This document shows positions 25,800 to 32,000 of a stretch of 32,000 nt of DNA, piece by piece. The notes under the pieces were generated by a model. That model did no database searches and was not told the DNA's origin. It saw only the letters and a program-made list of their open reading frames with translations. Every line of letters begins with the position of its first letter. Position 1 is the first letter of the stretch. Both the position numbers and the translations under genes were made by a program. This DNA comes from Aliivibrio fischeri ES114. Lineage in GTDB: Bacteria > Pseudomonadota > Gammaproteobacteria > Enterobacterales > Vibrionaceae. The stretch lies in the NCBI RefSeq assembly GCF_000011805.1, contig NC_006840.2; one strand, 5' to 3'.

Positions 25800-26670
25800 C
25801 CTCTACTTTCTTAGTACACATCACATTTAGCATGGAGGTGTTTTTTAATTTTCTGGCCGCACCGTCTTTAAAGAGTCCCAAATTATCAGCACCCCAATAA
25901 GGCAATAATACAGGCCATTTGTCTTTGGTCATTATCGTTGAATCAAGCAAGATTTGCCATTGCTCTTTAGTAACCAAATCCATATCTATTTGCTGACAAA
26001 TTTCTTGAGCATGTAGAGATGTAGCTCTAAGCCATGGCAAACTATTTTCCATATAAAAGCCTTCACTACTGTCATCAGTAAATGGAACTACAAAATGAAT
26101 ATTATTTATCTTTGTTTGCTTACGAATAGTAATAGGATCAGGTTCTGGCTCGCTTACCGCCTCTGGAGCGCTTTCAATCGGTTCTTCAACTTGAGGCAAC
26201 AAAGCTAAGTTCACTTCCCTTAATGCAGCATGCTTAAATAACCGATCACTTTGTAAACTTCTTAATTGCTTTTGCGCTGTAGTGAAATCTTGATAAGGTC
26301 CAATCAAGCAACGCTTAGCTTCTCCCTCTAATTTAAAGTTAATCGAGGCATCCACTTTCTTTTGAATATGATTTACTTTTTCTTTCGTCAGATCCTGATT
26401 AAACACACCACATTGAATCCAAAACTCGCTCTTTCCTTTTTCTAATTTTGGTTGTTGATTTCCCCATAAACCATCACCAATTGGGCAAGCATCTAACAAC
26501 ACATTTTTCGCATCAGAATGCGCAGCTTTAGAAAAACAAATCGAGGTAAGTGCGCTTTCCTTTTTAACCACATCATCATTTGAAGCATCATTGGCATAAG
26601 CATGCGTCATAACAAGGACACTACTTAGTACTCCCAATGAAATTTTTGTTATTTTTATTAATTGAGTCAT
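25774..26670 (-). CDS. Exported hypothetical protein with SPOR-like features
   Basis: Signal peptide starting MTQLIKITKISLGVLSSVLVMTHAYA suggests start 26670 rather than 26691; QCGVFNQDLTKEKVNHIQKK and LIGPYQDFTTAQKQLRSLQ are SPOR-like. Confidence 0.75.
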   Translation of the reverse strand: MTQLIKITKISLGVLSSVLVMTHAYANDASNDDVVKKESALTSICFSKAAHSDAKNVLLDACPIGDGLWGNQQPKLEKGKSEFWIQCGVFNQDLTKEKVNHIQKKVDASINFKLEGEAKRCLIGPYQDFTTAQKQLRSLQSDRLFKHAALREVNLALLPQVEEPIESAPEAVSEPEPDPITIRKQTKINNIHFVVPFTDDSSEGFYMENSLPWLRATSLHAQEICQQIDMDLVTKEQWQILLDSTIMTKDKWPVLLPYWGADNLGLFKDGAARKLKNTSMLNVMCTKKVEDEVVGNPI

Positions 26671-26845
26671 CAAACTTCTCCAAGCAAGCACTTACAATAT
26701 TATCAGCATAGCAAAAGTTATGTTTCAAATCCGAGAACCTTATTCTAATGCGCTTATATTACTCATTTTCATAGAATAAAATGGCTATCCATAAGCCGAT
26801 AAACTAAAATTATTTTTCCCCTTCTCTATTTATGTCGAGTAACAC

Positions 26846-28726
26846 ATGGAAGTTGAACTGTTAGAAATACAGCATTTTTTATCTCAATACCCTCCGTTTA
26901 ATTTACTTCCAGAGGAAGCGATAAAAGAAGCGGCTCAAAGTGTTGAAATATCTTATTACCGAGCAGAAACCATGGTGATTGGCTTTGGTGATGAGATCAA
27001 AGATCTCTACATGGTTCGCAGTGGTATTATCGAAGTGTACCGTCGAAATGGAGAGCTTTATAACCGTCTTGATGAAGGCAGTATCTTTGGTCAAATGGGG
27101 TTATTAATGAACAATAAAGTTCGTTTCCCAGCCAAAGCCCTAAAAGATTCTCTACTTTACTGTATTCCTGAAGCCGTTTTTGATGATTTCTGTGAACGCT
27201 ATGATGAGTTCTCTGACTTTGTTGAAGTAGAAGATGCCACTCGTTTAAAACAAGCAGTTGAAAACACAGAAGACGATGCAAACGACTTAACAACATCTAA
27301 AGTGAAAACGCTGATCACCCGTGAAGCCGTAATGATTGAAAAAAATCAAACCATTCAATCTGCTGCAAAAACCATGGCAGAAGAAAACGTATCAGCGGTA
27401 TTAATCACAGATCCCGACATCGATATCGAAGAAGAAGATAATAACTTTGTTGGTATTATTACCGACCGAGATTTATGCACCAAAGTATTGGCGTGTGGCT
27501 TAGATTTTGAAACCCCCGTATCTGAAGTAATGTCGACAGAATTAATATCTCTTGATCACAATGCTTATGTTTTTGAAGCCATGCTGATGATGCTACGCTA
27601 CAACGTCCACCACCTTCCTGTACTAAGAAATAAACAACCCATTGGCGTTATTGAAGTTTCTGATATTGTTCGCTACGAATCACAAAACAGTCTGTTGTTT
27701 GTAAGCAGTATTTTCCAACAGCAAACCATTGAAGATTTAGTGATACTTTCCACTCAGTTGAAAGATTGTTTCTTACGTATGGTCAACGAAGACGCCAACT
27801 CTCACATGGTTGGTAGCGCAATGTCTGAAATTGGACGTAGTTTTAAACAACGCTTATTAGAACTAGCAGAAGAAGAACTGGGGGAGCCTCCTGTGCCTTA
27901 TTGCTTCTTAGCTCTTGGCTCTATGGCTCGTGACGAACAATTAATTGTTACAGACCAAGATAATGCGATCATTTTAGATAACGAATACAACGAAAAAGAG
28001 CATGGTGAATACTTCAAAGCACTATCTGAATTTGTCTGTGATGGCTTAGCGGCTTGTGGCTATAAATATTGCACAGGCGATATCATGGCAACCAACCCTA
28101 AATGGCGTAAAACACAATCAGAGTGGGAAGAATGTTTTGCTGATTGGATTGATAACCCAGATCCTCAAGCACTATTAAATAGCTCTATTTTCTTTGATTT
28201 GAATGGCGTCTATGGTCGAACTAAATGGGCTGAACAACTTAATGGCTTCATTGTTCGACGCGCGAAAAAAAATAACCGCTTCTTAGCTTGTTTAGCACGA
28301 AACGGCTTACGTCGAACGCCACCTCTAGGTTTCTTTAAAGACTTTGTAATGGAAAAAGATGGTCGTCATAATAATTCCATCAACCTAAAACGCCGTGGTA
28401 CAGCCCCACTAGCGGATTTAATTCGTGTTCACGCATTGGCCATTGGTTCTCATGCACAAAACTCATTTGAACGTTTAGATGACATTATCGAAGCCGGTAT
28501 TTTACCTAAATCCAAAGGGCAAGATTTGCATCATGCAATGGAATTAATCTCACTGGTTCGATTGCGCCACCAAGCATTAGATGTCGAAGCTGGTATTGAA
28601 CCCGATAATAATATCGAGCCTGAAAACATGTCAGACTTTGAACGCCGTAATTTAAAGGATGCATTCCAAGTATTAAGTAACGCTCAAAATTTCTTAAAAT
28701 ATCGCTATAACGCGAATAAATTCTAG
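26846..28726 (+). CDS. Cyclic-nucleotide-binding-like / CBS / DUF294 putative nucleotidyltransferase
   Basis: 626 aa; N-terminal CNB-like fold (EEGSIFGQMGLLMNNKVRFPAKAL), two CBS segments, FLALGSMARDEQLIVTDQDNAIIL nucleotidyltransferase motif. Confidence 0.92.
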   Translation: MEVELLEIQHFLSQYPPFNLLPEEAIKEAAQSVEISYYRAETMVIGFGDEIKDLYMVRSGIIEVYRRNGELYNRLDEGSIFGQMGLLMNNKVRFPAKALKDSLLYCIPEAVFDDFCERYDEFSDFVEVEDATRLKQAVENTEDDANDLTTSKVKTLITREAVMIEKNQTIQSAAKTMAEENVSAVLITDPDIDIEEEDNNFVGIITDRDLCTKVLACGLDFETPVSEVMSTELISLDHNAYVFEAMLMMLRYNVHHLPVLRNKQPIGVIEVSDIVRYESQNSLLFVSSIFQQQTIEDLVILSTQLKDCFLRMVNEDANSHMVGSAMSEIGRSFKQRLLELAEEELGEPPVPYCFLALGSMARDEQLIVTDQDNAIILDNEYNEKEHGEYFKALSEFVCDGLAACGYKYCTGDIMATNPKWRKTQSEWEECFADWIDNPDPQALLNSSIFFDLNGVYGRTKWAEQLNGFIVRRAKKNNRFLACLARNGLRRTPPLGFFKDFVMEKDGRHNNSINLKRRGTAPLADLIRVHALAIGSHAQNSFERLDDIIEAGILPKSKGQDLHHAMELISLVRLRHQALDVEAGIEPDNNIEPENMSDFERRNLKDAFQVLSNAQNFLKYRYNANKF

Positions 28727-28732
28727 GAGCTA

Positions 28733-29452
28733 ATGATGATCCCACATGCTCCTCAAGAAATTTTAAACTGGCCCTCCTTTTTCAAACATAAGCAGGAGAT
28801 CAGTAAAGATAAACGGCTAAAAAACTTCTACAAGACAGGAACGTACGAAGAAGAAACACCACTAAGTGACATTGAGTTTGTGGCGCTTGATTTTGAAACT
28901 ACGGGATTAGATGCGAACCAAAATAGTATTATCAGTATTGGTTTAGTGCCTTTTACGTTAGAACGTATTTTTTGCCGTCAATCACAACACTGGTTTGTGA
29001 AGGCACAAGACAGCTTAGAAGAAAATTCAGTGGTCATTCATGGTATTACTCACTCAGACCTACAAGGTGCTCCAGATTTACGCCGGATTTTAGAACAGGT
29101 ATTAGATGCACTCGCAGGAAAAGTCGTAGTTGTGCACTATCGCCGTATAGAACGAGACTTCTTTGATGCAAATCTTCGCAGTTTGATTGGTGAAGGGATC
29201 GTTTTCCCAGTCGTAGATACCATGCAAATTGAAGGAGATTATCAACAAGAACAAGCGAAAGGCTTTATCAATTGGCTTAAAGGTAAGCGTCCAGAATCAA
29301 TTAGACTAGCCAACACTCGGTTGCGTTATGGATTGCCTTCATATCCTCCCCATCACGCATTAACAGATGCAATAGCGACGGCTGAATTATTTCAAGCACA
29401 AGTGAGATACCACTTCTCACCTCACGATCCAATTCGTAAGTTGTGGTTATAA
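28733..29452 (+). CDS. DEDD-family 3'-5' exonuclease (DNA polymerase III epsilon-like)
   Basis: 239 aa; VALDFETTGLDANQNSIISIG, VVHYRRIERDFFD, HHALTDAIATAELFQA. Confidence 0.93.
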   Translation: MMIPHAPQEILNWPSFFKHKQEISKDKRLKNFYKTGTYEEETPLSDIEFVALDFETTGLDANQNSIISIGLVPFTLERIFCRQSQHWFVKAQDSLEENSVVIHGITHSDLQGAPDLRRILEQVLDALAGKVVVVHYRRIERDFFDANLRSLIGEGIVFPVVDTMQIEGDYQQEQAKGFINWLKGKRPESIRLANTRLRYGLPSYPPHHALTDAIATAELFQAQVRYHFSPHDPIRKLWL

Positions 29453-29481
29453 CGTTTTATTTATATTGCGATGAAATATAA

Positions 29482-29515
29482 AAAAGCCGATGAAGATAAA
29501 ACTTCGTCGGCTTTT
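29482..29515. terminator. Bidirectional intrinsic terminator
   Basis: AAAAGCCGATGAAG - 6 nt - CTTCGTCGGCTTTT between convergent genes. Confidence 0.88.
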
Positions 29516-29541
29516 ATGTGCACGTAATAATCTAAAATAAA

Positions 29542-31122
29542 TTAACTACGGTTATATTTTTCTGTTCTCATACCCATCAGCAAACTTACACACATCGCAA
29601 GTAAAATCAGGGTAAATGGTAACGCTGTTGAAATTGCACCAGCTTGTAATGCTTGGATAGCTTCAGTACCGCCAACCCACAGTAGAGCAACAGCAATCGC
29701 ACCTTCCATAAACGCCCAGAACACACGTTGTGGCATTGGTGCATCCACTTTACCACCAGCGGTAATACTATCGATAACCAATGAACCTGAATCCGATGAG
29801 GTGATAAAGAACACAAGCACCAGAACAACAGCAATCATAGAAAGAATATTGCCCATAGGCAGAGCATCAAACATTTCAAACATAGCTAAAGAAACATCTG
29901 TCAGGCCTTTTGATCCTAATGTACCAATGTTATTTACAACTTGATCAATCGCGACACCACCGAAGATAGACATCCATAAGACGGTAAATAATGTAGGTAC
30001 AATCAATACAGCAGTAATAAACTCACGAACAGTACGACCGCGAGATACACGCGCAATAAACATACCTACAAATGGAGACCACGAAATCCACCAAGACCAG
30101 TAAAACACAGTCCAACCATGCATCCATGCTTCATCAACACGGCCATGAGGATTACTTAACGGAATGATATTTTCTACATATCCCATAACCGTTGTTGGAA
30201 TCGTACCCATGGATATAGCGAAAGTAACAAGAGCAACAAAAGCCAATAGTACAATGGCAATTAGCATATTGATGTTACTAATGACTTTTACACCACCATC
30301 AATACCACGCATTACCGATACAACAGCAAGTAAGGTAACAACAAAAATAATCGCAACTTGAAGACCTAGGCCGCCATCCATACCAAATACATGGTGGAAG
30401 CCACTCGCAGCTTGCTGAGCACCTAAACCTAATGACGTCGCTAGACCAAATAACGTAGCAAGAACCGCTAAAATATCAACAACGTGGCCAGGCCATCCCC
30501 ACGTACGATCACCTAAGATTGGATAAAAGATAGAACGCATCGAAAGTGGCAATCCTTTGTTATAAGCAAAAAATGCTAATGACAAAGCAACAACGCCATA
30601 AATAGCCCAAGGGTGTAAGCCCCAGTGAAACATAGTTGCACCTAGCGCTAATTTCGCAGCTTCTGGTGTATTTGCCTCAACGCCAAGCGGAGTCTCAAAC
30701 CAACCAGTAAAATATGCGACAGGCTCAGCCACGCCCCAGAACATCAATCCAATACCCATACCGGCAGCAAATAGCATTGCTATCCAAGATACCATTGAGT
30801 AATCCGGTTTGGCTTTATCACCACCCAGACGAATTTTGCCAAACGGCGATACAATCAATGCTAAACAGAAAATAACAAAGATATTAGCTGACCACATGAA
30901 TAAACCATCAAATGCATTAATGATCTTCCATTTAAAACCATCAAGAACGGTTTTGGCGCTTTCGGGATCAGTTACTGCTACAGCAACTAAGAAGAGTGCA
31001 ATCAGACCTGCGCTGATGCCAAAGACGGGATTATGTACATCGAATCCCCATTTCTGAACGTTATCCTGTCCAACAGTATAATCCGTATTATCTATACTGT
31101 ACTTATCCTTATTTCTACTCAT
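29542..31122 (-). CDS. BCCT family (betaine/carnitine/choline) transporter
   Basis: 526 aa; GMGIGLMFWGVAEPVAYF, WHGWTVFYWSWWISWSPFVGMFIARVSRGRTVREF (read as WMHGWTVFYWSWWISWSPFVGMFIARVSRGRTVREF in the ORF). Confidence 0.95.
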   Translation of the reverse strand: MSRNKDKYSIDNTDYTVGQDNVQKWGFDVHNPVFGISAGLIALFLVAVAVTDPESAKTVLDGFKWKIINAFDGLFMWSANIFVIFCLALIVSPFGKIRLGGDKAKPDYSMVSWIAMLFAAGMGIGLMFWGVAEPVAYFTGWFETPLGVEANTPEAAKLALGATMFHWGLHPWAIYGVVALSLAFFAYNKGLPLSMRSIFYPILGDRTWGWPGHVVDILAVLATLFGLATSLGLGAQQAASGFHHVFGMDGGLGLQVAIIFVVTLLAVVSVMRGIDGGVKVISNINMLIAIVLLAFVALVTFAISMGTIPTTVMGYVENIIPLSNPHGRVDEAWMHGWTVFYWSWWISWSPFVGMFIARVSRGRTVREFITAVLIVPTLFTVLWMSIFGGVAIDQVVNNIGTLGSKGLTDVSLAMFEMFDALPMGNILSMIAVVLVLVFFITSSDSGSLVIDSITAGGKVDAPMPQRVFWAFMEGAIAVALLWVGGTEAIQALQAGAISTALPFTLILLAMCVSLLMGMRTEKYNRS

Positions 31123-31312
31123 TATTCCTCACTTCGAGCCTCAGCTCTCTGTTTTGGTTTAATTCAAATACTCGCTTTAAAATATTTAAACACACCTAAT
31201 GATCTTAACAACTGAGCATATAATTGCCAGTAAAAGCAGCGAATTAGCCTAATAAAACAACAAATAAAGGAAAATTATCCATATTGTGAAACACAATATC
31301 TGTTCTACAAAC

Positions 31313-31336
31313 AAAAAAACGGTGAATAATTCACCG
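31313..31336 (-). terminator. Intrinsic terminator of the ABC transporter operon (minus strand)
   Basis: CGGTGAA - TAA - TTCACCG with a T run on the minus strand. Confidence 0.75.
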
Positions 31337-31360
31337 CTTTTTTATTAGCTAAAAAATAGG

Positions 31361-32000
31361 TTAGCCTTTATAAATTTTAGGATTAAACACATCTCTTAAC
31401 CAGTCACCCAGTAAGTTAATCACTAAAACTAAGGTAACTAAAACAAGTCCTGGGAAAGCGGTTATCCACCACGAACCAGAGAAAATGTAGTTAAAACCAA
31501 TACTGATTAAAGAGCCTAATGAAGGTTGGTCAACAGGTAAACCTAACCCTAAGAAAGACAGCGCTGCCTCTGACATAATCGCATTAGCAATTTGAACCGT
31601 TGAGATAACCAAAATAGGCGATAAACAGTTAGGGAGAATATGGCGGAACATGATGCGAGGAGAACGGAACCCCATGACTTTTGCAGCCTCTACATACTCT
31701 TTTTTCTTCTCAGCAAGCACTGATGCGCGAATAGTACGAGCATATTGTGGCCATTCAGCAACACCAATGATCACCACAAGCATAACAACAGCATACTGGC
31801 TAAAAAACTCAGTCCCAAAACTGGCTTTAAAAATAGCCGATACAATGATTGCAACCATCATCGTAGAAAAAGATAACTGAACATCGGCAAATCGCATTAA
31901 AAAACTATCAATACGTCCACCAAAATAACCTGCAGATAAACCAATAATAATCCCCAACGCTAATTGCACACCAACCGCAAGAAAACCAATAGTCAATGAC
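31361..32000 (-). CDS. ABC transporter permease, OppC/DppC family (truncated by window edge)
   Basis: EAAKVMGFRSPRIMFRHILPNCLSPILV permease signature; reading frame runs to the window end. Confidence 0.9.
   Translation of the reverse strand, partial: SLTIGFLAVGVQLALGIIIGLSAGYFGGRIDSFLMRFADVQLSFSTMMVAIIVSAIFKASFGTEFFSQYAVVMLVVIIGVAEWPQYARTIRASVLAEKKKEYVEAAKVMGFRSPRIMFRHILPNCLSPILVISTVQIANAIMSEAALSFLGLGLPVDQPSLGSLISIGFNYIFSGSWWITAFPGLVLVTLVLVINLLGDWLRDVFNPKIYKG

Noticed and set aside
25462-25830. 122-aa plus-strand ORF
   Set aside because: Antisense to 25527-25799, low complexity (SSSLCSSSKQ) and runs through the terminator; likely spurious.
31033-31215. 60-aa plus-strand ORF upstream of the BCCT gene
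   Set aside because: Covers the BCCT N-terminus and promoter region antisense; no supporting features.
1-32000. Mobile element, prophage or defence island
   Set aside because: No transposase, integrase, phage or toxin-antitoxin genes, tRNA boundary or long direct repeats were recognised; gene content is chromosomal metabolic and envelope functions.

Overview
The window looks like a vibrio-type (Aliivibrio-like) gammaproteobacterial chromosome segment. This is inferred from protein flavour only; no search was run. From left to right it contains: a gor-like glutathione reductase; a TetR regulator next to a small YadA-anchored surface protein; an Scs-like (suppressor of copper sensitivity) thiol-redox operon; a locus with a transmembrane Ser/Thr kinase, an atypical ECF sigma factor and envelope proteins; a beta-barrel protein divergent from a large lipoprotein; and an 8-gene operon at 17797-23347 followed by a BglG-type regulator with PRD, EIIB-like and EIIA-like domains. 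The right end has housekeeping or transport genes (DUF294/CBS protein, exonuclease, BCCT transporter, OppC/DppC-like permease). The best candidate for an under-described system is 17797-25468. There a PRD protein, an SFCGS-family protein, DUF4312, DUF4311 and DUF4310 sit directly upstream of an amidohydrolase, a SelA-like PLP ammonia-lyase (DgaE-like) and a KDGP aldolase (DgaF-like). I read this as an uncharacterised transporter feeding an amino-sugar-acid catabolic pathway. Its upstream region carries repeated TTTCCACTT motifs, and two perfect hairpins lie inside the operon at module boundaries. The second candidate is the kinase-sigma locus at 8611-13546, which resembles phosphorylation-controlled ECF43-type systems. 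No rRNA, tRNA, CRISPR array or mobile element was found.
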